Below are positions 1 to 8,501 of a stretch of 34,079 nt of DNA, one piece after another. The translations under genes and the position numbers were made by a program. The DNA is from Treponematales bacterium (GTDB lineage: Bacteria > Spirochaetota > Spirochaetia > Treponematales > UBA12059): NCBI GenBank assembly GCA_041741035.1, contig JBGSKZ010000251.1, positions 1-34,079 of the forward strand. Direction: 5' to 3'. The notes beneath the pieces were generated by a model. The model saw only the letters and a program-made list of their open reading frames with translations. It was not told the origin of the DNA and did not search any database. The first letter of the stretch is position 1. Each line of letters begins with the position of its first letter.

Positions 1-138
1 CAGGATGAACCCGGCGTATGCCGCGTGTTCAAGATGACCGTGCTTACGGGAATAGGCGTGGGCATTCCCAAGGCGGCGCCCTTCGTGGATCATTGGACCG
101 GCGACTCGTATAGGATGCTGGTTTCGAACCTGAAATAG
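1..138 (+). CDS. 3' end of a CDS entering from upstream of the window; product unknown
   Basis: Frame 1 is open from the window edge to TAG 136-138 (...FVDHWTGDSYRMLVSNLK*). The 45 visible residues contain no diagnostic motif. Confidence 0.35.
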   Translation, partial: QDEPGVCRVFKMTVLTGIGVGIPKAAPFVDHWTGDSYRMLVSNLK

Positions 139-350
139 GGCGCCGCTCCTGCAAGGATCATAAAAAGGATGGAAGCGCCCGGGAGGGAAGGGAAAGCTTC
201 ACTTCTCTCCCGGACAGTAGCATCAGAGCTTTACAGGCCTTCATGTCCTGTATCGATAGTGTCCGGTACTTCTACGGCTAAGGACCGCGGCTACGTAGCC
301 ATAGTCTGTGATACTGCGACGTTGAAGACCCATAAGACGGCGAGGGAACG

Positions 351-605
351 ATGAAATCCATCCATGCAGTTATTCTCGGAGTTGTAATAGGTGGCGGCCT
401 TTTCTATTGGCTGTTTGACCAGTCCATGAAGAATGAACGCTTATTCTTTTATACAATCGCTTCGTGGATCATAGGCGCTAAACCGCAAGCCGGCGATGGC
501 GCTTTTCATGTGCCGCTTGCCTGGCTTCTAATGCTTGCGCTGTCGATCGCTATGGGGGTCCTCTCGACCTGCCTGTTGAAGCGCTTTGTTATTTTCCATA
601 AATAG
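351..605 (+). CDS. small hydrophobic protein, 84 aa (predicted membrane protein)
   Basis: ATG 351 to TAG 603-605. Three hydrophobic stretches (AVILGVVIGGGLFYWLF, FFYTIASWIIGA, LAWLLMLALSIAMGVLSTCLL). No recognisable family. Confidence 0.4.
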   Translation: MKSIHAVILGVVIGGGLFYWLFDQSMKNERLFFYTIASWIIGAKPQAGDGAFHVPLAWLLMLALSIAMGVLSTCLLKRFVIFHK

Positions 606-617
606 ACGCGCCGCTTC

Positions 618-1418
618 TCATAGCGGGAGGGGAGGGCGCTCGGCTTCCTCTTTACCGCCCCGCAGCACCTTCCTTACGCCGCCGCGCGGATTTGGCGCAT
701 CGCCTGAGTAGCGCGGTATTACGTGCAGGTGCGCATGGAATACCGTCTGGCCTGCCGCCTCTCCAATATTGAAGCCTATATTATATCCGTCTGGCGCGCG
801 CGTCTTCTCGATCGCGTTCCTGGCCCTGTCCACCGCGGCCATGAGCTCGGCCCGTTCCTCGGGCGTGGCGTCGAACAGGGTAGGCGCATGGCGCTTGGGT
901 ATGAGGAGGGCGTGGCCGGGCGATACAGGGTGGGAGTCCCATATGCCGACCACGAGCTTTCCATCGTAAAAGAGCTGATCCTTTGGCAGGCCGCAGAAGG
1001 GGCAGGCAGGCCGCGTCGCGAGGCTCTCCACGACCGGCATATCGGCGGGCGCCCAGTCGAGGCCGTAGAGCTCGTCGGGCTTAAGCCAGCGTATGGCCGC
1101 GTGCTCGTTAAGGCTGGGTTCCCCCGTAATAATGCGAGCCCGGTATACATGCATGGTTATAAAAAAGCTTTCATAGCGGTGGCGCACGGTCATGAGGAAA
1201 GAGCCGGCTTGGATGCTGAGCCCCAGTTCTTCGCGTAGCTCGCGTTCCAGTGCCTCTAGGCGCGTTTCGCCTGGTTCCACCTTGCCGCCGGGGAATTCCC
1301 ACTTAAGCGGCAAGTCGCCGCCGGGCTTTCTCTGGGCGCAGAGCAGTTTCCCCTCATGCTCGATGACGGCCGCGACGACTTCGTGGCGCGGCATAGTATC
1401 CGGTATGCTTTCTTGCAT
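618..1418 (-). CDS. NUDIX hydrolase fused to a HIT-family (histidine triad) nucleotide hydrolase/transferase domain
   Basis: 266-aa ORF. The N-terminal half carries a Nudix box (GGKVEPGETRLEALERELREELGL = GX5EX7REUXEEXGU). The C-terminal half carries CPFC plus GHALLIPKRH and the histidine triad HAHLHVIP. Stop TGA 618-620. Confidence 0.85.
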   Translation of the reverse strand: MQESIPDTMPRHEVVAAVIEHEGKLLCAQRKPGGDLPLKWEFPGGKVEPGETRLEALERELREELGLSIQAGSFLMTVRHRYESFFITMHVYRARIITGEPSLNEHAAIRWLKPDELYGLDWAPADMPVVESLATRPACPFCGLPKDQLFYDGKLVVGIWDSHPVSPGHALLIPKRHAPTLFDATPEERAELMAAVDRARNAIEKTRAPDGYNIGFNIGEAAGQTVFHAHLHVIPRYSGDAPNPRGGVRKVLRGGKEEAERPPLPL

Positions 1419-1611
1419 GTTCAGTAGCGTACACCATGCCTACTACTGTGTCTATTCGGGATGGGGGGCAGGCAAAGATGGACAGTCAAGTGGGCAAATT
1501 ATCCGTCCGTAGCCATGCTTATCTAGATATTGCATGTACTGACGGGCACTATTGCGCCAACCGTATGCCGGAATGTGCGCTATAATGGATATGGAGCTCG
1601 AGGAGGCAGCC

Positions 1612-2970
1612 ATGGCGCATAACACCATCAAATCGAGCTACGCGACCCTGACGGAACGGCTCAATCGCTTCCCGCAGGGCGCGCCGCCCTCAGACCTGCT
1701 GTTCGCCATACTAAGGCAGCTTTTCAGCGAGAAGGAGGCCGGCATGGTCTCCCTGCTGCCGATCAGGCCTTTTGACGCGGCTAGGGCCGCCGCCATCTGG
1801 CGGACGACGCCGGCCGAGGCAAAAAAGACGCTGGACGAACTGGCAAGCCGGGCGCTGCTCATCGACACCGAGCGCGAAGGAAATACGACCTATTGCCTCC
1901 CGCCGCCCATGGCCGGATTCTTCGAGTTCTCGATGATGCGCGTTAGGAGCGACCTGGATCAGAAGGCCCTGGCCGAAATGTTCTATCAATACATGAATGT
2001 GGAAGAAGACTTTATCAAGGCGCTGTTCACGGAGGGCCAGACCCAGCTCGGCCGGGTGTTCGTCCAGGAACCCATGCTGCCAAGGCGATCCGGCCCGCAG
2101 GATACGGCCGATAAAAAAGCGCCTGGGACGGTGCGCTTCACGAGCCTGGAACCTGCGCCCGGAGACCGTGACCTTCTGGTGCTCGATTACGAGCGCGCCA
2201 GCGAAGTTATCAAGACGGCCTCGCATATCGGCGTAGGCATGTGCTACTGCCGCCATAAGATGATGCACCTGGGCCGGGCCTGCGACGCGCCCATAGACAT
2301 CTGCATGACGTTTAATAGCTCCGCTGAATCGCTGACCAGGCACGGGCATGCACGCGCGATAAGCGTTGCCGAGTGCATGGCGCTGCTCGATACCGCGTAC
2401 GAGCGCGGGCTTGTGCAGTTCGGCGAAAACGTGCAGAGGCGCGTCAACTTCATCTGCAATTGCTGCGGCTGCTGCTGCGAGGCGCTTATCGCCCAGCGCC
2501 GCTTCGGCATGCTGCATCCGGTGCATACCACCAACTGGATACCGCAGGTTCTCGAGGAAAAATGCACCGGCTGCGGCAAGTGCGTCGATGCCTGCCCCGT
2601 CGAAGCGATGGCGCTGGTATCGGCTGAGGATCCCAAGCATCCGAAGCTGCGGAAAGCCAAGGTCCTTGATAACGCGTGCCTAGGCTGCGGCGTATGCGTA
2701 CGCGCCTGCAAGACCGGCGCGCTATCGCTTCGCGCGCGGCCCGGGCGCGTGCTTACGCCCGTCGATTCGACCCACCGCGCGGTGATCATGGCCATCGAGC
2801 GCGGGAAGCTTCAGAACCTGATCTTCGATAACGGCGCCCTGGCGAGCCACCGCGCCATGGCAGCCATACTGGGGGTTATCCTGCGCTTGCCGCCGATTAA
2901 ACAAGCTATGGCCAGCGAGCAGATGAAGAGCAAGTACCTGCTGAAGCTGCTGTCGCTCGTCAAGCCTTAG
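1612..2970 (+). CDS. cysteine-rich Fe-S protein with two 4Fe-4S ferredoxin-type motifs
   Basis: The frame is open from 1552. ATG 1612 is preferred because AGGAGG (1601-1606) lies 5 nt upstream and TATAAT sits at 1581-1586. Motifs: CTGCGKCVDACP, CLGCGVCVRACK, a CNCCGCCC cluster and CYCRHK..C..C. Stop TAG 2968-2970. Confidence 0.8.
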   Translation: MAHNTIKSSYATLTERLNRFPQGAPPSDLLFAILRQLFSEKEAGMVSLLPIRPFDAARAAAIWRTTPAEAKKTLDELASRALLIDTEREGNTTYCLPPPMAGFFEFSMMRVRSDLDQKALAEMFYQYMNVEEDFIKALFTEGQTQLGRVFVQEPMLPRRSGPQDTADKKAPGTVRFTSLEPAPGDRDLLVLDYERASEVIKTASHIGVGMCYCRHKMMHLGRACDAPIDICMTFNSSAESLTRHGHARAISVAECMALLDTAYERGLVQFGENVQRRVNFICNCCGCCCEALIAQRRFGMLHPVHTTNWIPQVLEEKCTGCGKCVDACPVEAMALVSAEDPKHPKLRKAKVLDNACLGCGVCVRACKTGALSLRARPGRVLTPVDSTHRAVIMAIERGKLQNLIFDNGALASHRAMAAILGVILRLPPIKQAMASEQMKSKYLLKLLSLVKP

Positions 2971-3038
2971 GCTCGGCCGTGAAGATCGGCTTAACCAACG
3001 CGGGCCAGCGCAGAGCATCATCTCTCTTATTAAGGTCC

Positions 3039-4292
3039 ATGGGCCGAATATCCGCGCGCGCCGCCCTCGGCGATCCCCTCGTACGGCTGGCGTCGGCTAT
3101 TCTCCAGCCCTACCGGGCCAATCAGGAACAGCGCGAGCTTGTCGCGAAGGGCTATGCCCAGCTATTCCCCGATTCAACGGAGCCGAGTGACCAGGCTAGG
3201 CGCATGCGGCGCAATCCCATAGGACAGGTGCGGAAGCTCGTTTTAGAGTGCACGACGCGCTGCAACTATTCCTGCAAGCATTGCTACAATTCCGGCGTGG
3301 AGCGCGTCACCGAGACGAGGCTCGATGCCCTATCGGCCGCCATCGATACCTTCGCCGGATTAGGGCTAAGGGAGTTCGCTTTCATAGGCGGCGAAGTAAG
3401 CAAGTATGGCGACGGTTGGCTGGGCTTGGCGCGGAAGGCGAGGGACTCGGGGGCGGCCATCGTGAGCGTGCTCAGTAACGGCTGGTTCCTTGGCGGGTCT
3501 GCCTTCGTGGCCGCCGGGCAGCGCTATGCCGATGATGGCGCGTACCTTCGGGAGCTAAAGGCGCACGGTATTACCCATATCTCCTTCAGCATCGATGGCC
3601 GCGGCCTAGCCCATGATGCGTCCCGCGGCATGCCAGGTTCGTATGCTCGTATACTCAAGGGCTTCGAAACGGTACTCGACGCCGGCCTTCAGCCTCGGGT
3701 TTCGCTCCTCGCGCGAAGCGGCAGCCGCGAAGGGGTACTCAGGCATTTCGAAGAGCTATCGATGCGCATGTACAGGAAGGATGCCGGCGCGGCCTCGCTG
3801 TTCTTCGACAATACCAACGCCATCAACGATTTCGTAGACCTTGGGAACCATGAAGAGCCCGAGGGCGGCCCTGCGGCAGAAGCCTTCGGCTACGCGCTAA
3901 GTGCGCTGCGCTGTCCCGGCTTTTATCGGCCGTCCCCGCAGCTCACCTTAAAGGCCAATGGCCAACTGGCCACCTGCCGCCTCGCCGACGCGGGCGAGGG
4001 CTACGGGAATATCCATGAGCGGCCGCTGCTTGATATCCTCAATAGCATGCACGACAGCTTTATATACCAGCTGCACGCCGAGCGGAGGATAGGCGATTAC
4101 CTTCGATTCGTAAACCCGCATATCTTCGGCAGCCGCTTCGCGCATCTATGCGCCCTCCGGGCCGTCTGCACGATGATAGCCCGCCGCATGCACGAGTGGG
4201 ACGTCGAGCCCGACGATGCCGCGGGCGTGGCGCGGATAAATAAAGAGGTGGCAGCCGTTACGGGTCGAATCATGGCTCCTTCCGCGTCTTGA
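3039..4292 (+). CDS. radical SAM protein
   Basis: CX3CX2C motif in LECTTRCNYSCKHCYN. The start is ambiguous: ATG 3039, or GTG 2979 (the ORF-track start), whose GTG overlaps an in-frame TGA of the upstream frame. Stop TGA 4290-4292. Confidence 0.8.
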   Translation: MGRISARAALGDPLVRLASAILQPYRANQEQRELVAKGYAQLFPDSTEPSDQARRMRRNPIGQVRKLVLECTTRCNYSCKHCYNSGVERVTETRLDALSAAIDTFAGLGLREFAFIGGEVSKYGDGWLGLARKARDSGAAIVSVLSNGWFLGGSAFVAAGQRYADDGAYLRELKAHGITHISFSIDGRGLAHDASRGMPGSYARILKGFETVLDAGLQPRVSLLARSGSREGVLRHFEELSMRMYRKDAGAASLFFDNTNAINDFVDLGNHEEPEGGPAAEAFGYALSALRCPGFYRPSPQLTLKANGQLATCRLADAGEGYGNIHERPLLDILNSMHDSFIYQLHAERRIGDYLRFVNPHIFGSRFAHLCALRAVCTMIARRMHEWDVEPDDAAGVARINKEVAAVTGRIMAPSAS

Positions 4293-4333
4293 AGCCTGCC
4301 CTGATTTGATAATTGCAGCTCTTCTGAAGTATA

Positions 4334-5977
4334 ATGATTACTATGATAGTCAAATTAAGAACGGGTTTTCGTACGCGTTTTTTGGGCTTAGCCCTCGCGT
4401 TGACGCTTGGAAGCTTCCATGCCTTTGGACAGGGCACCCAGGGACAGCCCTTCGCTATGGGTATTAACCTTGGCGGATTGGCCGATTGGGGCACGGAACT
4501 GCCTTTCGTGGACCTTATGAAAAACGCGCGGCAGTGGTATACCAAGGATCAGGGAAATCCCCGGGAGCCTTGGAACTCTGAACAAATCGGCGGCATTCGG
4601 CTACGGCCCGATGGCTACCCTCTGGAAATCCCCCAGATGGTATCAAGCGCCCAGTATCCCCAAGAGGTCGCGACCATATGGGCCGTGACCGATGGCTGGC
4701 CGCGGGGGACCTACGCCGTTTTATACGACGGCGAGGGCGAGCTTACCTTTTCCGGCTCTCCCCAGAGGGTTCAGGCGCTAAGCCCGGGCAAACTTACCTT
4801 CGATCTGCCGGAGCCCAAGGGCGGCCAGGTTGAAATGCGAATCCGCCGCTCGGCCAAGGCTGATCCGGTGCGAAATATTCGGGTTTTAATGCCGGGCTCC
4901 GAGCGTACTTACCTGGACCAGCCTTTTAATCCCCTGTGGATTCAAAAGGTGAGGGCCTTTGGCTCGGTACGCTTTATGGATTGGGGCAGTACCAACAGCT
5001 GGGGCCAGGCAGAGCCTTGGCAGTGGGAGGGCACGGTCCAGCTAGGCTGGGAGCAGCGGGCTAGGATGGATTACTACACCTGGGCAACGCCCAAGGGCAT
5101 ACCCTACGAGATGATGATCAGGCTCATGAACGACTATGACCTTGACGGCTGGGTGTGTATCCCCCATGTGGCCAATCCCGCCTATGCCGAGGAAATGGGG
5201 CGGCTGTTCGCGCGCGGCCTTGAGCCTGGCAGAGCCTTGACGGTGGAGTTCTCCAATGAGTTATGGAACTGGATGTTCGGCCAGACCCAGTGGCTAAACC
5301 GGTATGGCGACCAGGCCGAGCCTTGGCCCGAGCGGATAGTCCCGTATATCCAAACAGCCTTGGATTCCTTTACGAAGGGCTTCGGCGGCGCGTCCGCCAG
5401 GCTTAAGAGGGTGGTTGGCGTCCAAACCGCCTGGCTCGATGTGAGCCAGCGCATCGTCAGATCCATTGATCGCGCCAGCATAGACGCCGTCGCCCCGGCT
5501 TGGTATTTTGGCCTCAGCGAGGAGGCCGACGCGGCCTTGGATGCCTTGGGCCGCCGCGCCGCCGTTGGCGATATTGCCCGCCTCGTTAGGGCAAATTGGG
5601 AGGCCAATGAAAAACGCTGGATTAGCGATATCAGAGATCAGCTTGCGAGTCCCCTCAATCTGCCGCTGGCTTTTTATGAGGGTGGCCAGCATTTGACGGC
5701 GCATCCCTTTGGCGAAGAGCCAAGCTACGCCCAAGCTCTACTGGATATACAGCGGGCGCCTGAAATGCGGGCCTTGTATACTGAGTGGCTCACCTGGCTG
5801 TCCGGCCTGCAGAGTCCCCAGGACCCCCCGCTGGTCCTCATGCATTTTAGCCTGGTTGCGTCGCTGAGCGCCCGTTATGGAAGCTGGGGGCTCCTGGAAA
5901 CCCTAGACCAGGACCTGAAGCTTGTTCCGGCTCCGAAGTGGTCTGCCTTGGAACCCTACATCAAAAAGGTTCCTTGA
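4334..5977 (+). CDS. secreted protein, possibly a clan GH-A (TIM-barrel) glycoside-hydrolase-like enzyme
   Basis: 547-aa ORF 42 nt after the radical SAM stop. N-terminal signal peptide (KLRTGFRTRFLGLALALTLGSFHAFG-QG). An Asn-Glu motif in a beta-strand context (LTVEFSNELWNW) resembles the acid/base NE of clan GH-A. The function is inferred only. Confidence 0.65.
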   Translation: MITMIVKLRTGFRTRFLGLALALTLGSFHAFGQGTQGQPFAMGINLGGLADWGTELPFVDLMKNARQWYTKDQGNPREPWNSEQIGGIRLRPDGYPLEIPQMVSSAQYPQEVATIWAVTDGWPRGTYAVLYDGEGELTFSGSPQRVQALSPGKLTFDLPEPKGGQVEMRIRRSAKADPVRNIRVLMPGSERTYLDQPFNPLWIQKVRAFGSVRFMDWGSTNSWGQAEPWQWEGTVQLGWEQRARMDYYTWATPKGIPYEMMIRLMNDYDLDGWVCIPHVANPAYAEEMGRLFARGLEPGRALTVEFSNELWNWMFGQTQWLNRYGDQAEPWPERIVPYIQTALDSFTKGFGGASARLKRVVGVQTAWLDVSQRIVRSIDRASIDAVAPAWYFGLSEEADAALDALGRRAAVGDIARLVRANWEANEKRWISDIRDQLASPLNLPLAFYEGGQHLTAHPFGEEPSYAQALLDIQRAPEMRALYTEWLTWLSGLQSPQDPPLVLMHFSLVASLSARYGSWGLLETLDQDLKLVPAPKWSALEPYIKKVP

Positions 5978-5990
5978 GAGGACGGCTTAT

Positions 5991-6265
5991 TTATAGCTCT
6001 GCCGGCTCATCCTCGTAGCCAGCGCGGCCAAGCTTCTCAGTCCCTCCCCGCAGCACCTTCCTGACACCGCCGCGCGGATTGGCCACGTCTCCGGCGTAGC
6101 GCGGGATTACGTGCAGATGCAGATGGAAGACCGTCTGTCAAGCCGCCTCCCCTATATTGAAGCCCACGTTATAGCCATCGGGCGCGCGTGTCTTCTCGAT
6201 CGCGTTTCTGGCTATGTCCACCGCTACCATGAGCTCGGCCCGTTCTGCTGGCGTAGCGTCGAACA
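5991..6265 (-). pseudogene. 5'-truncated HIT-domain gene fragment, paralogous to the 3' end of 618..1418
   Basis: The nucleotide sequence roughly 6040-6262 is alignable by eye with roughly 640-905. It translates as QVFDATPAERAELMVAVDIARNAIEKTRAPDGYNVGFNIGEAA*QTVFHLHLHVIPRYAGD.... An in-frame TGA (6138-6140) replaces the Gly codon of GQTVFH. Homology stops abruptly at about 6265, where base composition changes. Confidence 0.75.
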
Positions 6266-6606
6266 CTTGTCATTCTTTAGCCAAAGTTCAAGCGCCCTAA
6301 TTCGATTTACCCTTGAGTATACGAACGACCTCCTGGCAACGATTCATGCCCAGGAAAACGTCCGCGCATTCAAAGCTGACGATGGGTGCCTTGTTAAATA
6401 TCATTGGCTTGCCTACTCTTGGTAAACGAGGTAAGCTAGTTGACCAAAATGGAAGTATCTTCCTCACATTACCTTGCCTTACCACAGGTATGTCAGTCGG
6501 AACTGCCGTTCAGGTTAATTGATTCCAATGCCGGGCATGTAGCCTGATCAGCGAAAAGAATATATGATACCAATCAGAGTGCAGCCATTACAGAACCTGG
6601 GGGCAA

Positions 6607-7308
6607 ATGATGGCAACTGCTGAAGTCCAAAAATCGATACTCCTGGTTGAGGACGACGCCATAGTTGCCATGTCAGAAAAAACGGCCCTTGAAGAATACG
6701 GATATGCCGTATGTACCGTGAATTCCGGTGAGAAGGCGATCCAGGCTTTCAAGGAAGCCAGCACTTTCGATCTGGTATTGATGGATATCAACCTGGGACA
6801 GGGTCTAGATGGAACGGAAACCGCGAAATTGATCCTGATGGATCAGGATATCCCTATAGTATTCCTGTCGAGCCACACAGGGCCTGAAACAGTTGAAAAA
6901 ACTGAGAAAATTACTTCTTACGGCTATGTAGTCAAAAACTCCTCCATTACTGTCCTGGATGCATCCATAAAGATGGTCTTCAAGCTATTCGGTGCAAAGA
7001 AGCAGATGGCCCAGGCGGCTGAGCAATTCAGGGCAATAGTCGAAAACACCTCTGATTGTATCGTCCGTTACAACCGGGAAGTACGACCTGTCTACGGTAA
7101 TCCATCGATACTTACAGCCTTGGGCATCTCCCTTGAACAGTTTGTGGGGAAGAGTCACCGCGAACTTGGCTTTCCCGAAAATTGGTGCCTGCTTTGGGAT
7201 ACTGCGATCGGTGGAGTGTTCCAGACCGGGATCCCAACAACGATAGAATCAGAGGTGGTGCTTGCCCGGGGAGAACTGATCAAGAAGCCTTTTGACCTGT
7301 ACATCTAG
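6607..7308 (+). CDS. response regulator receiver (REC) + PAS protein, ended by a TAG that is in frame with 7309..7542
   Basis: REC motifs: ILLVEDDAIV...DLVLMDINLGQGLDG...PIVFLSSH. PAS-like: FRAIVENTSDCIVRYNREVRPVYGNPSILTALGISLEQFVGKSH. TAG at 7306-7308. Confidence 0.75.
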   Translation: MMATAEVQKSILLVEDDAIVAMSEKTALEEYGYAVCTVNSGEKAIQAFKEASTFDLVLMDINLGQGLDGTETAKLILMDQDIPIVFLSSHTGPETVEKTEKITSYGYVVKNSSITVLDASIKMVFKLFGAKKQMAQAAEQFRAIVENTSDCIVRYNREVRPVYGNPSILTALGISLEQFVGKSHRELGFPENWCLLWDTAIGGVFQTGIPTTIESEVVLARGELIKKPFDLYI

Positions 7309-7542
7309 CCAGAGTATCGGGACAAATATTACCTGCACCGCAGGCAATTGTTCCTGACTGGCACCCTGCAGGACTGCGGATTGCACATGCGGCGGCAGGA
7401 CGGTAGCGCCTTTTTTGCAGTTCTGAGGGCAACCAGGGCAGAGGATGATGACGGCGAACCTGTATGCCTCGTGGTTGCGATGGAATTGGAGCACAATGAG
7501 CCAGGGAGAGCTGGATTCGGGGATGATAAGCCTGGAATTTAG
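7309..7542 (+). other. in-frame continuation of the REC-PAS ORF beyond the amber codon (PAS C-terminal-like segment)
   Basis: Same frame as 6607..7308 and open for 77 codons (PEYRDKYY...HMRRQDGSAFFAVLRATRAEDDDGEPVCLVVAMEL). It ends TAG 7540-7542, then GGA, then TGA 7546-7548, which overlaps ATG 7545. Confidence 0.5.
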
Positions 7543-7544
7543 GG

Positions 7545-8501
7545 ATGAAAAAGGAAAGGCGTACCATGAAAGAAGAAATCAAAGCCGATGAAGAGGCTAC
7601 GCCACCGGATGACAGCTTCCCGATAGTGGGCATCGGCGCATCGGCCGGGGGGCTGGCAGCTTTCGAAGCCTTCTTTTCAGGCCTGCCCGCCGAGCTTGAC
7701 CCCGGCATGGCCTTTATCCTGGTGCAACACCTGGCTCCGGATCACAAGAGCATCCTGACTGACCTTGTCAGGCGATATACACGGATGCAGGTCTTTGAGG
7801 TCGAAGACGGCATGAAGGTCCAGGTCAATTGTGCGTATATCATCCCGCCTGGCTATGACATGGCCTTCATCAACGGTTGCCTGCAATTGCTTGAGCCCAG
7901 CGCCCCCCATGGTCTGCGCCTGCCCATAGACTTCTTCTTTCGATCCCTGGCCCAGGACCAGCGGGAACGTTCTATCGGCATAGTGTTGTCCGGATCCGGC
8001 TCGGATGGCAGTCTCGGCGTGCGTTCGATCAAGGGAGAAGGTGGCATGGTGATGGCCCAGTGTCCGGAGAGTGCCGAGTATGACGGGATGCCCAGAAGTG
8101 CCATAGCCACCGGCATGGTTGATTTTGAATTGCCGCCCGCCGAGATGCCGGCTTCGTTGATGGCCTTCACTGCTCAAGCCTTCGGAAAAATATCAATGCA
8201 AAGCATGCCAACGAGTGAAAAATCGAATACCTTGAAGAAAATTTTCATCCTGCTTCGGGACGGGACTGGTCACGATTTTTCACAGTACAAGCCAAGCACC
8301 ATCCTGCGGCGGATCGAACGGCGCATGGCTGTACATCAGATCGCCAGTATACATGCATATGTCAGGTACCTGCAGCAGAACAAGCCTGAAATCGACGCGC
8401 TGTTCCGTGATCTGCTGATCGGTGTGACCAACTTCTTCCGCGATCCCGAAGCTTTTGCCGAGCTCGAGACGAAGATTATCCCGAAAATTTTCGAAGGTTA
8501 G
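7545..8501 (+). CDS. CheB-type methylesterase domain plus the N-terminal part of CheR; 5' portion of a CheB/CheR-PAS-histidine kinase gene split by an in-frame TAG
   Basis: CheB-like: FPIVGIGASAGGLAAFEAFF...ILVQHLAPDH...VLSGSGSDGSLG...EYDGMPRSAI. CheR N-domain: GHDFSQYKPSTILRRIERRM...NFFRDPEAF. TAG 8499-8501 is in the same frame as 8502..10817. Confidence 0.85.
   Translation: MKKERRTMKEEIKADEEATPPDDSFPIVGIGASAGGLAAFEAFFSGLPAELDPGMAFILVQHLAPDHKSILTDLVRRYTRMQVFEVEDGMKVQVNCAYIIPPGYDMAFINGCLQLLEPSAPHGLRLPIDFFFRSLAQDQRERSIGIVLSGSGSDGSLGVRSIKGEGGMVMAQCPESAEYDGMPRSAIATGMVDFELPPAEMPASLMAFTAQAFGKISMQSMPTSEKSNTLKKIFILLRDGTGHDFSQYKPSTILRRIERRMAVHQIASIHAYVRYLQQNKPEIDALFRDLLIGVTNFFRDPEAFAELETKIIPKIFEG

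Noticed and set aside
169-354. The 61-aa ORF as an independent gene.
   Set aside because: It has no motif and only a weak RBS. It is kept only as part of the TAG read-through observation.
1711-2640. Long antisense ORFs inside GC-rich genes, for example 1711..2640 (-), 12886..13947 (+), 19105..19926 (+), 20693..21331 (+), 22992..23906 (+) and 5182..5734 (-).
   Set aside because: Each lies entirely opposite a gene with clear domain motifs. Their translations are Arg/Ala/Gly/Pro-rich with no motifs. They are typical shadow ORFs of high-GC coding DNA.
6138-6140. The in-frame TGA in the HIT fragment as a possible selenocysteine codon.
   Set aside because: The fragment lacks its entire N-terminal half and any start. 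The TGA replaces a Gly, not a Cys. No SECIS-like hairpin follows.
6297-6485. The 62-aa ORF as the missing N-terminus of the truncated HIT gene.
   Set aside because: It is in frame with the fragment but separated from it by TAG, TGA and TGA. Its composition is AT-rich, unlike the fragment, and its similarity to HIT N-termini is too weak to call by eye.
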